From: Escherichia coli
GTDB lineage: Bacteria > Pseudomonadota > Gammaproteobacteria > Enterobacterales > Enterobacteriaceae
Length of the DNA: 64,000 nucleotides
Strand: one strand, 5' to 3'
NCBI RefSeq assembly: GCF_041886205.1
Contig: NZ_CP169029.1
Part shown: positions 23,986-36,989 of the stretch, piece after piece
Numbering within the stretch: the first letter of the stretch is position 1
Layout of the letters: every line of letters starts with the position of its first letter
Notes under the pieces: model-generated
The model's database searches: none
What the model saw: the letters and a program-made list of their open reading frames with translations, nothing else
Told to the model about the DNA's origin: nothing
Made by a program: the position numbers and the translations under genes

Positions 23986-24087
23986 AGCGAATCGCTCCTG
24001 TTGTCAGGGGCGCAAATATAGCAAATTCGTCGATACCGCGCCAACATATGGCTATAATCGCCGCCAGTATCAATTGAGGAGCATTCC

Positions 24088-25119
24088 ATGTCTGCATTTA
24101 CCCCGGCAAGTGAAGTCTTGCTGCGTCACAGTGATGATTTCGAACAAAGCCGTATTCTGTTTGCCGGAGACTTACAGGATGACCTGCCCGCGCGTTTAGA
24201 TACCGCGGCCAGCCGTGCTCATACCCAGCAATTCCACCACTGGCAGGTATTAAGCCGCCAGATGGGGGATAACGCCCGTTTCAGTCTGGTCGCCACGGCG
24301 GATGACGTCGCAGATTGCGATACGCTGATTTACTACTGGCCGAAGAACAAACCGGAAGCCCAGTTCCAGTTGATGAATTTACTTTCTCTGCTGCCGGTGG
24401 GGACGGATATTTTTGTCGTTGGCGAGAACCGCAGCGGCGTGCGCAGCGCCGAGCAGATGCTGGCAGATTATGCGCCGTTGAATAAAGTCGACAGCGCTCG
24501 TCGCTGTGGCCTCTATTTTGGTCGTCTGGAAAAACAGCCGGTATTTGATGCCGATAAATTCTGGGGCGAATACAGCGTCGATGGCCTGACAGTCAAAACG
24601 CTGCCTGGCGTGTTTAGCCGCGACGGTCTGGATGTCGGTAGCCAGTTGCTACTCTCGACGTTAACCCCGCACACGAAAGGTAAAGTGCTGGATGTCGGCT
24701 GTGGCGCGGGTGTGCTTTCAGTTGCCTTTGCGCGCCATTCACCGAAAATTCATCTCACCTTGTGCGATGTCTCTGCCCCGGCGGTAGAAGCCAGCCGTGC
24801 GACGCTTGCGGCCAACGGTGTTGAAGGTGAAGTCTTTGCCAGCAACGTCTTTTCCGAGGTGAAAGGTCGTTTTGATATGATCATCTCCAACCCGCCGTTC
24901 CACGATGGGATGCAAACCAGCCTGGATGCGGCGCAAACGCTGATTCGCGGCGCGGTGCGTCATCTTAATAGCGGCGGCGAGCTGCGAATTGTAGCGAACG
25001 CCTTCCTGCCTTATCCGGACGTGCTGGATGAGACATTTGGCTTCCACGAAGTGATCGCGCAAACAGGGCGCTTCAAGGTGTATCGCGCCATTATGACCCG
25101 CCAGGCGAAGAAAGGTTAA
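24088..25119 (+). CDS. rsmC: 16S rRNA (guanine1207-N2)-methyltransferase RsmC
   Basis: 343-aa ORF with SAM-binding motif [11 protein letters not shown] and NPPFH methyltransferase motif. Confidence 0.92.
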   Translation: MSAFTPASEVLLRHSDDFEQSRILFAGDLQDDLPARLDTAASRAHTQQFHHWQVLSRQMGDNARFSLVATADDVADCDTLIYYWPKNKPEAQFQLMNLLSLLPVGTDIFVVGENRSGVRSAEQMLADYAPLNKVDSARRCGLYFGRLEKQPVFDADKFWGEYSVDGLTVKTLPGVFSRDGLDVGSQLLLSTLTPHTKGKVLDVGCGAGVLSVAFARHSPKIHLTLCDVSAPAVEASRATLAANGVEGEVFASNVFSEVKGRFDMIISNPPFHDGMQTSLDAAQTLIRGAVRHLNSGGELRIVANAFLPYPDVLDETFGFHEVIAQTGRFKVYRAIMTRQAKKG

Positions 25120-25136
25120 TTATCTCGCCGAATACC

Positions 25137-25175
<39 letters not shown>

Positions 25176-25239
25176 ACCTGCACGTTAGTTTCCTGATGGA
25201 CATTTTTCCAGCAATTACACCTCCGGCGATAATTAACTA

Positions 25240-25267
25240 TTGACGAAAAGCTGAAAACCACTAGAAT
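25240..25267 (+). promoter_or_regulatory. sigma70 promoter of the leu tRNA operon (TTGACG -35, 16 bp spacer, TAGAAT -10, GC-rich discriminator)
   Basis: TTGACGaaaagctgaaaaccacTAGAATgcgcctcc about 40 bp upstream of the first tRNA; AT-rich UP-like sequence upstream. Confidence 0.65.
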
Positions 25268-25308
25268 GCGCCTCCGTGGTAGCAATTCTTTTTAAGAATT
25301 GATGGTAT

Positions 25309-25395
25309 GCGAAGGTGGCGGAATTGGTAGACGCGCTAGCTTCAGGTGTTAGTGTCCTTACGGACGTGGGGGTTCAAGTCCCCCCCCTCGCACCA
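25309..25395 (+). tRNA. leuV: tRNA-Leu (anticodon CAG), 87 nt, ends CCA
   Basis: GCGAAGGTGGCGGAATTGGTAGACGCGCTAGCTTCAGGTGTTAGTGTCCTTACGGACGTGGGGGTTCAAGTCCCCCCCCTCGCACCA; type II tRNA with long variable arm. Gene name by operon order. Confidence 0.93.
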
Positions 25396-25423
25396 AAAAC
25401 CACGTTGATATTGCTCGCACTGG

Positions 25424-25510
25424 GCGAAGGTGGCGGAATTGGTAGACGCGCTAGCTTCAGGTGTTAGTGTTCTTACGGACGTGGGGGTTCAAGTCCCCCC
25501 CCTCGCACCA
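25424..25510 (+). tRNA. leuP: tRNA-Leu (anticodon CAG), 87 nt; one-base difference in variable arm (TCTTACGG vs CCTTACGG)
   Basis: Second tandem copy, identical except one variable-arm base. Confidence 0.9.
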
Positions 25511-25544
25511 AACGAGGCGATATCAAAAAAAGTAAGATGACTGT

Positions 25545-25631
25545 GCGAAGGTGGCGGAATTGGTAGACGCGCTAGCTTCAGGTGTTAGTGTCCTTACGGA
25601 CGTGGGGGTTCAAGTCCCCCCCCTCGCACCA
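25545..25631 (+). tRNA. leuQ: tRNA-Leu (anticodon CAG), 87 nt
   Basis: Third tandem copy identical to the first. Confidence 0.9.
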
Positions 25632-25669
25632 ATTATCTTTACTTCCTTTCTTGTTTCTTCCTTGATTTT

Positions 25670-25906
25670 TCATCCCTGATTCAAATTCATTATCATCAGC
25701 ATGATGCCAGCAATAAGCGCCAGGCACGATGGTAGCAAAACGTAATGCCGTAACTGTTTGTGATACAGCATCACCGGCGTCAATACTAATCCCATCAGAA
25801 TGACAATCCGCCATTGATCAGGCGATAAATCCGCATACATCAGCCCTGCAATCAGCAATCCTGGCAGCAACACTCCCCAGCCACTGCCCAGCGTACGTTG
25901 CAACAT
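25670..25906 (-). CDS. yjjZ: small membrane protein YjjZ
   Basis: Translation MLQRTLGSGWGVLLPGLLIAGLMYADLSPDQWRIV... (78 aa) from ATG at 25906. Confidence 0.75.
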   Translation of the reverse strand: MLQRTLGSGWGVLLPGLLIAGLMYADLSPDQWRIVILMGLVLTPVMLYHKQLRHYVLLPSCLALIAGIMLMIMNLNQG

Positions 25907-25924
25907 GGTTTCATCTCTTTCATT

Positions 25925-26031
25925 GATAATGATAACCAATATCATATGATAATTTTTATCATTTGCAAGCCAGAGAAATCCCTTGCTATCGGATAAACCT
26001 ATCGCTAGGATTAGCAATCATTATCATTTAG
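25925..26031. promoter_or_regulatory. Fur boxes in the divergent yjjZ/fhuF promoter region
   Basis: GATAATGATAACCAATATCATATGATAAT and GCAATCATTATCATTTAG match the Fur consensus GATAATGATAATCATTATC; fhuF is a known Fur target. Confidence 0.6.
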
Positions 26032-26046
26032 ATTACTATCCCGATT

Positions 26047-26835
26047 ATGGCCTATCGTTCCGCACCGCTCTATGAAGATGTTATCTGGCGAACGCATCTC
26101 CAGCCACAGGATGCTGGGCTTGCACAAGCCGTACGTGCGACGATCGCCAAACATCGTGAACATTTGCTCGAGTTTATCCGCCTGGATGAACCCGCTCCGC
26201 TTAACGCCATGACGCTGGCGCAATGGTCATCACCGAATGCGCTAAGTTCTCTACTCGCGGTCTATTCCGATCATATCTATCGCAACCAACCAACGATGAT
26301 CCGCGAGAACAAACCGCTGATCTCACTATGGGCACAATGGTATATCGGCCTGATGGTGCCACCATTAATGCTGGCGCTACTGACGCAGGAAAAGGCATTA
26401 GATGTGTCGCCGGAACATTTCCACGTTGAGTTTCACGAAACCGGCCGTGCCGCCTGTTTCTGGGTCGATGTGTGTGAAGATAAAAACGCAACACCACATT
26501 CGCCGCAGCAGCGAATGGAAACGTTAATCAGCCAGGCGCTGGTTCCGGTTGTGCAGGCACTAGAAGCGACCGGAGAGATCAACGGCAAACTTATCTGGAG
26601 TAATACCGGTTATTTGATCAACTGGTATCTCACTGAGATGAAGCAACTGCTCGGCGAGGCGACGGTTGAATCGCTGCGCCATGCCCTCTTTTTTGAGAAA
26701 ACGCTCACGAACGGTGAAGATAATCCACTCTGGCGTACCGTGGTACTGCGCGACGGCCTGCTGGTGCGCCGCACTTGCTGCCAGCGTTATCGCTTACCGG
26801 ATGTGCAGCAATGTGGCGATTGTACGCTGAAATGA
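26047..26835 (+). CDS. fhuF: ferric-siderophore reductase FhuF (2Fe-2S)
   Basis: 262-aa ORF with C-terminal CCQRYRLPDVQQCGDC cluster motif. Confidence 0.9.
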   Translation: MAYRSAPLYEDVIWRTHLQPQDAGLAQAVRATIAKHREHLLEFIRLDEPAPLNAMTLAQWSSPNALSSLLAVYSDHIYRNQPTMIRENKPLISLWAQWYIGLMVPPLMLALLTQEKALDVSPEHFHVEFHETGRAACFWVDVCEDKNATPHSPQQRMETLISQALVPVVQALEATGEINGKLIWSNTGYLINWYLTEMKQLLGEATVESLRHALFFEKTLTNGEDNPLWRTVVLRDGLLVRRTCCQRYRLPDVQQCGDCTLK

Positions 26836-26872
26836 AAGCACTGCCGGGGAAGTAAACCCGGCATAATGCGGA

Positions 26873-27550
26873 TTAATAGGGATGCAACACATTACTTGCT
26901 TCGCAATGCCGCATACATAACAGAATATCTGCGGCCTCCAACAACCCTGCATCAGAACTGACGCCCAGTTTCGACATCACATTAAATTTATGTGCACGGA
27001 TCGTTTTGATATTGCGTTTAAGCTGCTCGGCAATTTGTGTCATTGAGTAGCCACGCGACATAAAGCGCAATATTTCTCTCTCCGTCGGGCTTAACGTCCG
27101 GCTTTGGTTAATGTACCACTGATTGTTCAGTCGGTCGGTCGCCTGACGTACACCATTTAATGACAAAAAGAGTTCCTGATGAAAAATCTCCAGCGTTGAC
27201 GCTTTACTTAATACACCGTCCAGCGGTGATGGCGACAATGAACCAATCAGCCGAGCTTCAATATCATCATCCGCAATAACTAAACGCCGGGTACGCGGAA
27301 ACTTAATCGCCAGTTCAGTCAGGCAAGATAATCCCTCTCTGCGCTCACTTCTCATGGCAGAAAAAGAAAAAATGACCGCCGCAAATGAGATCCGCGACAT
27401 GGCATCCTGAAATGACTCCTGACTGGTATAGGTATGGAGCTTATAAGGGTTACCCGCAAACTTTCTGAATAAACTCTCAATACCGATACTGCTCATGACG
27501 CATTTTTCTATGAGTGCGACATTTCTCTTCTTAATTCGGCTGTGTTCCAT
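26873..27550 (-). CDS. bglJ: LuxR-type transcriptional activator BglJ
   Basis: 225-aa ORF with C-terminal LuxR HTH ([25 protein letters not shown]). Confidence 0.88.
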
Positions 27551-28233
27551 TCTGCGGCATCTCCATAAACAGAAGGCAAGTTAAGTTCTCTTGCACCCTG
27601 CGCGCTATTTATCCATGCATACATTTCAGCGTTGCTGTGAATTGCCAGTCGACGCATCGCACTGTTTTTTTGGGCGCTGATAGTTTTATTACTTTTCTTA
27701 AGCAACGAAGCTATCTGGTTGATGCCCCATCCTTTACCTAATAGCCGCAGTACCTTGCGCTCTGAAAGAGTGAGAATGACGGAGCGATAGCTAAAATCAT
27801 GAGTTTCAGTCATTGCCGGAGAGGTCAGCATGGCGCTGATACGCTCTGCGTGCGTATTGCCGGAACGTACGGTCTTGACCAGATTCTCAATGGGTTCAAC
27901 ATCAGACAATAACGTCGCCGTAGGGCACATGAGCAATTCTACTGCCTGGGAATACCAGGAGCGTGACACCATGAAAACCCAGTGAATTTCCCGATATTGT
28001 GAAATTAAAGAATAATAATGCTCACAAACAGAACGTGGATCTTCACTTTCACCGGCTAAATCAGCAATGACTAATCCGGAACGACGTAATTGTAATAAGG
28101 TAAGGTCCTCCGCAGAGGCGCTGGATATTATTTCATATTCAGGGAAGTGAGTCCTCATGACCTCTTTTAACCCTGCTTGCATAACAGGTATTTTACTGAT
28201 AACAATTCCATTTTTGCAGCATCCTGGCAACAT
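27508..28233 (-). CDS. yjjQ: LuxR/FixJ-type regulator YjjQ
   Basis: 241-aa ORF with C-terminal HTH ([23 protein letters not shown]); overlaps bglJ start (operon). Confidence 0.88.
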
Positions 28234-28851
28234 ATTTCCTCCACATCCACTGTCTAAAAATCATGATGGTTTATTCAGGATATTCATTCCTTAAATGTTT
28301 CCAGCAAATTAATAGATTAAGCGAATAAATTATCCTTAGCATTCACTTTCATATCAGCATACTCCTGCTGCACAACAACTCCACTGCATGTGTCAGAAGG
28401 TTAGCATCAAATGATAACCTGGTGAAATAGCCTGGAGACATTTAAAATATCTACATTAAGTTGTTAGGAATACTTAATGAAAAACAGAAATCACATTCAT
28501 TTAATTTATAATTAAATGATATCCCTTCCCGCAGAATGAAAAATCACACAACCAATATTTATTCAATGAAATCTGATGGTTTTAACTTGTTAACATTAAA
28601 AAACGTGCCCGGTTATCTATAATCCTGATTCGTAAAGGCCAAACAATAAATTCATTATAGTGATAATATTCATGTGATAGTTTGTTTGCGGCGAGAGATA
28701 ATTCGCTTTTTATCACCGAGCTTGTCCCGATAACCAGGATTAATCAGCGCAATTTTGATCTTAACCTACCGCAAAACAACCGTGCTTCATGATACAAATG
28801 GATTCTCATTATCTGAACAATACGCAGCACGTCTATGACAAAGGGCGAGTT

Positions 28852-30086
<1,235 letters not shown>

Positions 30087-30192
30087 AATTGCCTCGCTTA
30101 AGCACACGGATGAGAGACAGCCTCCTCTCCTCCGTGTGTTACTATAAAAGTTATCTCCCTTCTCGTTCATCGTTCCATATTTGAGAAACAGT

Positions 30193-30732
30193 ATGTCTTC
30201 CAGAGTTTTGACCCCGGACGTCGTTGGTATTGACGCCCTGGTACACGATCACCAAACCGTTCTGGCAAAAGCTGAAGGCGGTGTGGTTGCCGTATTTGCT
30301 AACAATGCCCCGGCGTTTTATGCCGTCACGCCTGCACGCCTGGCTGAACTGCTGGCGCTGGAAGAAAAGCTGGCGCGTCCGGGAAGCGATGTCGCTCTGG
30401 ACGATCAACTCTATCAGGAACCGCAAGCCGCTCCCGTTGCTGTACCCATGGGGAAATTCGCCATGTATCCGGACTGGCAACCCGATGCCGACTTTATCCG
30501 CCTGGCGGCGCTATGGGGCGTGGCACTAAGAGAGCCGGTGACCACCGAAGAACTGGCCTCATTCATTGCCTACTGGCAGGCGGAAGGTAAAGTCTTTCAC
30601 CATGTACAGTGGCAACAAAAACTGGCGCGCAGCCTGCAAATCGGTCGTGCCAGCAACGGCGGACTGCCGAAACGAGATGTGAATACGGTCAGCGAACCTG
30701 ACAGCCAAATTCCACCAGGATTCAGAGGGTAA
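30193..30732 (+). CDS. dnaT: primosomal protein DnaT
   Basis: Translation [30 protein letters not shown]... (179 aa) from ATG at 30193. Confidence 0.92.
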
Positions 30733-30734
30733 CG

Positions 30735-31472
30735 ATGAAAAACGTTGGCGACCTGATGCAACGCCTGCAAAAAATGATGCCTGCCCATATCAAACCTGCT
30801 TTCAAAACGGGTGAAGAACTACTGGCCTGGCAGAAAGAACAAGGGGCGATCCGCTCCGCCGCTCTCGAACGTGAAAATCGGGCGATGAAAATGCAGCGCA
30901 CCTTTAACCGCTCCGGTATTCGTCCACTGCATCAGAACTGCTCCTTTGAGAACTATCGCGTTGAGTGTGAAGGGCAAATGAATGCGTTAAGCAAAGCGCG
31001 CCAGTATGTCGAAGAGTTTGACGGCAACATCGCCAGCTTCATCTTTTCTGGTAAGCCAGGAACCGGCAAAAACCATCTGGCGGCAGCAATCTGCAACGAG
31101 CTGCTGCTACGCGGTAAATCCGTATTGATCATCACCGTGGCCGATATTATGTCGGCGATGAAAGATACCTTCAGGAATAGCGGTACCAGCGAAGAACAAC
31201 TGCTTAACGATCTGAGCAACGTTGATCTGCTGGTGATCGATGAGATCGGCGTGCAGACCGAATCGAAATACGAAAAAGTGATCATCAACCAGATCGTCGA
31301 TCGCCGCTCTTCTTCCAAACGCCCAACCGGGATGCTGACCAACAGTAATATGGAAGAGATGACCAAGTTGCTGGGCGAACGCGTGATGGACCGTATGCGC
31401 CTGGGTAACAGTTTGTGGGTGATCTTCAACTGGGATAGCTACCGTAGCCGGGTAACGGGTAAAGAGTATTAA
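30735..31472 (+). CDS. dnaC: replicative helicase loader DnaC
   Basis: 245-aa ORF with Walker A GKPGTGKNHLAAA and Walker B LLVIDEIG; 2-nt gap after dnaT. Confidence 0.93.
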   Translation: MKNVGDLMQRLQKMMPAHIKPAFKTGEELLAWQKEQGAIRSAALERENRAMKMQRTFNRSGIRPLHQNCSFENYRVECEGQMNALSKARQYVEEFDGNIASFIFSGKPGTGKNHLAAAICNELLLRGKSVLIITVADIMSAMKDTFRNSGTSEEQLLNDLSNVDLLVIDEIGVQTESKYEKVIINQIVDRRSSSKRPTGMLTNSNMEEMTKLLGERVMDRMRLGNSLWVIFNWDSYRSRVTGKEY

Positions 31473-31520
31473 TCCCCGTTTCTGGCGGTATACTGCGACA
31501 CAATTCCACCTTGAGTAATG

Positions 31521-32015
31521 ATGATGAAAACTGTTAAACATCTTCTGTGCTGTGCCATTGCCGCCAGCGCATTAATTTCCACCGGGGTGCATGCTGCGTC
31601 CCGGAAAGATGCGCTCTCCAGCGCCGCCAGCGAACTTGGCAACCAAAACAGCACGACACAGGAAGGCGGTTGGTCGCTCGCGTCATTAACTAACTTGCTT
31701 AGCAGCGGGAACCAGGCCTTAAGCGCAGATAACATGAACAACGCCGCAGGCATTCTGCAATACTGCGCGAAGCAAAAGCTGGCTTCGGTAACCGATGCCG
31801 AAAACATCAAGAATCAGGTACTGGAAAAACTGGGCCTGAACAGTGAAGAGCAAAAAGAAGACACCAACTATCTGGATGGCATTCAGGGTTTGCTGAAAAC
31901 TAAAGATGGTCAGCAACTCAATCTGGATAATATCGGAACGACTCCGCTGGCAGAAAAGGTGAAAACCAAAGCCTGCGATCTGGTGTTAAAGCAGGGGCTG
32001 AACTTCATTTCCTGA
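31521..32015 (+). CDS. yjjA: secreted protein YjjA (signal peptide)
   Basis: ORF MMKTVKHLLCCAIAASALISTGVHAASRKD... (164 aa; the ORF track starts one ATG earlier at 31518). Confidence 0.8.
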   Translation: MMKTVKHLLCCAIAASALISTGVHAASRKDALSSAASELGNQNSTTQEGGWSLASLTNLLSSGNQALSADNMNNAAGILQYCAKQKLASVTDAENIKNQVLEKLGLNSEEQKEDTNYLDGIQGLLKTKDGQQLNLDNIGTTPLAEKVKTKACDLVLKQGLNFIS

Positions 32016-32268
32016 ACCGCGAAACGCCGCGTTTTAGCTGTTACCCGGCTGACGCGGCTCTCTCCTGCCTTTTTCCCTGCTCCTGGACGGTTTTCCCCCT
32101 GTTACACGGGAAGCGACCGCGATCAAAAAAGTCTGTTTATAAACTAATTCCTAACAACATCGCATTTTTTTGACACTAGAATTGCAGCAATATGGCGACG
32201 CCATTACATTGTGCTTCTCAAAAAGCTTAAACGTTGGCTAAACAGCCCGGTTTAGTGAGGATCGCCCG

Positions 32269-34560
32269 TTGTCAGAACTACTCTCTTTCGCCCTTTTTCT
32301 CGCCTCTGTGCTGATTTACGCATGGAAAGCGGGACGTAACACCTGGTGGTTTGCAGCCACATTAACGGTGCTGGGGCTATTTGTCGTTTTAAATATCACC
32401 CTGTTTGCCAGCGACTATTTTACTGGCGATGGTATTAACGACGCGGTTCTCTATACCTTAACCAACAGCCTGACCGGTGCTGGCGTCAGCAAATACATCC
32501 TGCCGGGTATCGGCATTGTGCTGGGGCTGACGGCGGTGTTCGGTGCGCTGGGCTGGATCCTGCGCCGTCGTCGTCATCATCCGCACCATTTTGGTTACAG
32601 CCTGCTGGCGCTCTTACTGGCGCTGGGTTCGGTGGACGCCAGCCCGGCATTTCGTCAGATAACGGAACTGGTGAAATCCCAGTCACGCGATGGCGACCCG
32701 GACTTTGCGGCTTATTATAAAGAGCCGTCGAAAACTATCCCTGACCCGAAACTCAACCTGGTTTATATCTATGGCGAAAGTCTCGAGCGAACCTATTTTG
32801 ATAACGAAGCTTTCCCGGATCTCACGCCTGAACTGGGCGCGTTGAAAAATGAAGGCCTTGATTTCAGCCACACGCAGCAGCTGCCAGGAACGGATTACAC
32901 GATTGCGGGCATGGTGGCTTCTCAGTGCGGCATTCCGCTTTTTGCCCCATTTGAAGGTAACGCCTCCGCTTCTGTTTCCAGCTTCTTCCCGCAGAACATC
33001 TGTCTGGGCGATATCCTGAAAAACTCGGGTTATCAGAACTATTTCGTGCAGGGCGCGAATCTGCGTTTTGCCGGTAAAGATGTGTTCCTGAAGTCGCATG
33101 GCTTCGACCACTTATACGGCTCAGAAGAGCTGAAAAGCGTGGTGGCCGACCCGCACTATCGCAACGACTGGGGATTCTACGACGATACCGTTCTCGATGA
33201 AGCGTGGAAAAAGTTTGAAGAGCTTTCCCGTTCTGGTCAGCGATTCTCACTGTTTACCCTGACAGTCGATACCCATCACCCGGATGGTTTTATCTCGCGT
33301 ACCTGTAACCGCAAAAAATATGATTTTGACGGTAAACCGAATCAGTCATTCAGCGCGGTAAGTTGCAGCCAGGAGAACATCGCGACGTTTATCAACAAAA
33401 TCAAAGCGTCACCGTGGTTTAAAGATACTGTCATCGTCGTCTCTTCTGACCATTTAGCGATGAACAACACGGCGTGGAAATACCTTAATAAGCAGGATCG
33501 CAATAACCTGTTTTTTGTCATTCGTGGCGACAAGCCGCAGCAAGAGACGCTGGCAGTGAAGCGTAACACGATGGATAACGGCGCGACGGTGCTGGACATT
33601 CTCGGTGGCGATAACTATCTCGGACTTGGTCGTAGCAGTTTATCCGGGCAGTCAATGTCGGAAATCTTCCTCAATATCAAAGAGAAAACATTGGCGTGGA
33701 AGCCGGATATCATCCGCCTGTGGAAATTCCCTAAAGAGATGAAAGAGTTCACCATCGACCAGCAGAAAAACATGATTGCCTTCTCGGGTAGCCATTTCCG
33801 TTTGCCGCTGCTGTTGCGGGTTTCAGACAAACGCGTGGAACCGCTGCCGGAAAGCGAATACTCAGCACCGCTGCGTTTCCAGTTGGCCGATTTCGCTCCA
33901 CGCGACAATTTCGTCTGGGTTGACCGTTGCTATAAGATGGCACAACTCTGGGCTCCGGAACTGGCACTCTCCACCGACTGGTGTGTCTCGCAGGGGCAGC
34001 TTGGCGGTCAGCAAATTGTCCAGCATGTTGATAAAACAATGTGGAAGGGCAAAACGGCATTTAAAGATACGGTCATCGACATGGCGCGTTACAAAGGCAA
34101 TGTCGATACGCTGAAGATTGTTGATAACGATATTCGCTACAAAGCCGACAGTTTCATCTTTAACGTCGCCGGTGCGCCAGAAGAGGTGAAACAGTTTAGC
34201 GGGATTTCCCGTCCGGAGTCGTGGGGCCGCTGGTCCAACGCGCAGCTGGGCGATGAAGTAAAAATCGAGTACAAGCATCCGCTGCCGAAGAAATTTGACC
34301 TGGTGATTACCGCCAAAGCATACGGCAATAACGCCAGCCGTCCTATTCCGGTACGCGTAGGCAATGAAGAACAAACTCTTGTGCTGGGCAATGAAGTGAC
34401 CACCACCACACTGCATTTCGATAACCCAACCGATGCCGACACACTGGTAATTGTGCCGCCGGAACCTGTCTCAACCAACGAAGGGAATATCCTCGGACAC
34501 TCGCCGCGTAAGCTCGGGATCGGCATGGTGGAAATTAAAGTTGTGGAACGTGAAGGGTAA
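32269..34560 (+). CDS. opgB: phosphoglycerol transferase I (osmoregulated periplasmic glucan biosynthesis)
   Basis: 763-aa [27 protein letters not shown]... with N-terminal TM segments and sulfatase-like domain; TTG start. Confidence 0.92.
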   Translation: MSELLSFALFLASVLIYAWKAGRNTWWFAATLTVLGLFVVLNITLFASDYFTGDGINDAVLYTLTNSLTGAGVSKYILPGIGIVLGLTAVFGALGWILRRRRHHPHHFGYSLLALLLALGSVDASPAFRQITELVKSQSRDGDPDFAAYYKEPSKTIPDPKLNLVYIYGESLERTYFDNEAFPDLTPELGALKNEGLDFSHTQQLPGTDYTIAGMVASQCGIPLFAPFEGNASASVSSFFPQNICLGDILKNSGYQNYFVQGANLRFAGKDVFLKSHGFDHLYGSEELKSVVADPHYRNDWGFYDDTVLDEAWKKFEELSRSGQRFSLFTLTVDTHHPDGFISRTCNRKKYDFDGKPNQSFSAVSCSQENIATFINKIKASPWFKDTVIVVSSDHLAMNNTAWKYLNKQDRNNLFFVIRGDKPQQETLAVKRNTMDNGATVLDILGGDNYLGLGRSSLSGQSMSEIFLNIKEKTLAWKPDIIRLWKFPKEMKEFTIDQQKNMIAFSGSHFRLPLLLRVSDKRVEPLPESEYSAPLRFQLADFAPRDNFVWVDRCYKMAQLWAPELALSTDWCVSQGQLGGQQIVQHVDKTMWKGKTAFKDTVIDMARYKGNVDTLKIVDNDIRYKADSFIFNVAGAPEEVKQFSGISRPESWGRWSNAQLGDEVKIEYKHPLPKKFDLVITAKAYGNNASRPIPVRVGNEEQTLVLGNEVTTTTLHFDNPTDADTLVIVPPEPVSTNEGNILGHSPRKLGIGMVEIKVVEREG

Positions 34561-34699
34561 TTCCTGACTGATGTGTAGGTCGCATAAGGTGCGACCTACA
34601 CACCTTCTCCGGCCTACAAAACATCATTGAGAAACAGAAAAAAAACAGCGCCCAACACTTCCCCGGACGCTGCATGGCAACTTTAATAATCTCGCCTTA

Positions 34700-35722
34700 T
34701 CAGAAAGTAATTACACCCTTAATCAACTCACGATTGTTAATCACATCGCGCTCGTAGGTTTCTGCCAGCGTGGCGAACGGATAGCGATGGGTTAACATCA
34801 TGTCAGCAGTGATTTTTCCTTCCGCCATCAGTCGACCGACTTTAGCAAAATCTTCCGGCGTGGCGTTGCGGCTGCCCATCATCGTCGTTTCTTTTTTATG
34901 GAATTCCGGATCGGAGAACTGCAACTCACCTTTAAACAGGCCGACAAATACCACCGTGCCGCCGTGACGAATCAGATTCACGGTGTTATTCATCGCATGT
35001 TGATTACCTGTCGCGTCGATCACTTTCTGCGCCAGCGAACCACCAAACTGCGCCCGCAGCTGCGCGTCAAAATCTTCGGCTGACGGGTCCAGCACGGGCA
35101 ACTCCAGACGCGTTGCCACATGTTCACGGCGCGCCGGACTGGTATCCGCCACCACCACCTGTGCGCCATCGGCTTTAGCGATTGCCGCCGCGCCCAGACC
35201 GATTGGCCCCGCCCCGACCACCAGCACCTGCTCGCCGGGAGCAATGGCTGCGCGACGCACTGCATGAGCGCTAATAGCGAAAGGTTCAATCAATGCTGCC
35301 GCCTGCGGGTCAATACCGTCTGCGGGCAAAATGTTCGCCACCGGCACGCTCAAATACTCACTAAAACCGCCATCCTGATGCACGCCAATGACTGAAATTT
35401 TTTCACAGCAATTGGTACGCCCGCTTTTACACGCCGGGCATTGCTGACAGGCAACATAAGGGATCACAGCAACTTGCTGACCATTTTTAAGATCAGCAAT
35501 ATTTTTACCCAGCCCAACAATCTCCCCACATATTTCATGGCCTAAAACCCGTGGATAACTAAAAAAAGGTTGATTTCCACCCCAGGCATGAATATCGGTA
35601 CCGCAAATCCCGACAGACTTAATTTTTATTAATGCTTCATTGTCACCCGGAATAGGTATCTCGCGTTGTTTCCAGACTAATTCTTTCGGCTGCTGGCAAA
35701 TTAAAACATTCATCGTAGACAT
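34700..35722 (-). CDS. lgoD: L-galactonate 5-dehydrogenase (Zn-dependent MDR family)
   Basis: Translation MSTMNVLICQQPKELVWKQREIPIPGDNEALIKIKSVGICGTDIHAWGG... (340 aa) with Rossmann motif VVGAGPIGLG. Confidence 0.88.
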   Translation of the reverse strand: MSTMNVLICQQPKELVWKQREIPIPGDNEALIKIKSVGICGTDIHAWGGNQPFFSYPRVLGHEICGEIVGLGKNIADLKNGQQVAVIPYVACQQCPACKSGRTNCCEKISVIGVHQDGGFSEYLSVPVANILPADGIDPQAAALIEPFAISAHAVRRAAIAPGEQVLVVGAGPIGLGAAAIAKADGAQVVVADTSPARREHVATRLELPVLDPSAEDFDAQLRAQFGGSLAQKVIDATGNQHAMNNTVNLIRHGGTVVFVGLFKGELQFSDPEFHKKETTMMGSRNATPEDFAKVGRLMAEGKITADMMLTHRYPFATLAETYERDVINNRELIKGVITF

Positions 35723-35860
35723 GATTCGGCTCTCCATTTTTTGTTGCCTTAGATATCAATGAAAATGAAAAATGGCAGCGGAACGGAAAATCTGTTTTGT
35801 GAAAACACACGCATAAAAATGTTTTAAATCGGGTTTTAATGGACTCACAAGGAGGAAAAT

Positions 35861-36775
35861 ATGAGTCGTTCACAAAATTTACGCCACAATGTGATTAACC
35901 AGGTCATTGATGATATGGCGCGGGGTCATATCCCTTCCCCACTTCCATCGCAAAGTGCGCTGGCGGAAATGTACAACATCAGCCGCACCACAGTGCGTCA
36001 TATTCTCAGCCATTTACGCGAATGCGGCGTCTTGACGCAGGTTGGAAACGACTATGTTATTGCGCGTAAACCTGACCACGATGACGGTTTCGCCTGTACT
36101 ACCGCTTCAATGAGTGAACAAAACAAAGTGTTTGAGCAGGCTTTTTTCACGATGATAAACCAGCGTCAGTTACGCCCTGGGGAAACTTTTTCTGAACTGC
36201 AACTGGCGCGGGCCGCGGGTGTCAGCCCGGTGGTTGTAAGAGAATATCTTTTAAAATTCGGCCGTTATAATCTAATTCAAAGCGAAAAGCGCGGCCAGTG
36301 GAGCATGAAGCAATTCGATCAATCCTACGCCGAGCAGCTGTTTGAGCTACGCGAAATGCTCGAAACACATTCACTTCAGCACTTTCTCAACCTGCCTGAT
36401 CATGATCCCCGCTGGCTGCAGGCGAAAACCATGCTCGAACGTCATCGGCTACTGCGTGACAACATCGGCAATAGCTTTCGCATGTTCTCGCAACTTGACA
36501 GAGATTTTCACTCCTTACTGCTTTCGGCTGCCGACAATATCTTTTTTGATCAATCGCTTGAGATCATCTCAGTCATCTTTCATTTTCACTATCAATGGGA
36601 CGAAAGCGATCTTAAACAGCGCAATATCATTGCCGTCGATGAGCATATGACCATTCTCAGCGCTCTGATTTGCCGCAGTGACCTTGATGCCACCCTTGCG
36701 CTCCGTAACCATTTGAATTCAGCTAAACAATCAATGATTCGATCCATTAATGAGAACACGCGTTATGCTCATTAA
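35861..36775 (+). CDS. lgoR: GntR-family regulator of L-galactonate catabolism
   Basis: 304-aa ORF with N-terminal GntR HTH (LPSQSALAEMYNISRTTVRHIL); divergent from lgoD. Confidence 0.85.
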   Translation: MSRSQNLRHNVINQVIDDMARGHIPSPLPSQSALAEMYNISRTTVRHILSHLRECGVLTQVGNDYVIARKPDHDDGFACTTASMSEQNKVFEQAFFTMINQRQLRPGETFSELQLARAAGVSPVVVREYLLKFGRYNLIQSEKRGQWSMKQFDQSYAEQLFELREMLETHSLQHFLNLPDHDPRWLQAKTMLERHRLLRDNIGNSFRMFSQLDRDFHSLLLSAADNIFFDQSLEIISVIFHFHYQWDESDLKQRNIIAVDEHMTILSALICRSDLDATLALRNHLNSAKQSMIRSINENTRYAH

Positions 36776-36989
36776 GTACGGATTAAAAACAGCAAACTAT
36801 TAGCGGGTGCACGGTTTTATCAAAAGATAAATACCGGGAAATTCCCGCTTACCTATGCTCACAATCAGTCGACTAAAAATGTTTTTGTGAGCGGTAGTAA
36901 AGTCCTAAAACTTTAACCTGCCGTTAATGTCAACCTTGCGTAATGCACAATTACGTAAACAATTAAAATTATAAATACAGGAGTCCGGC

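Noticed and set aside
34570-34625. Possible REP element after opgB
   Set aside because: Contains a hairpin (TGTAGGTCGCA...TGCGACCTACA) and a partial CCGGCCTACAAA tail, but the REP consensus match is incomplete; it may just be the opgB terminator, so not listed as a feature.
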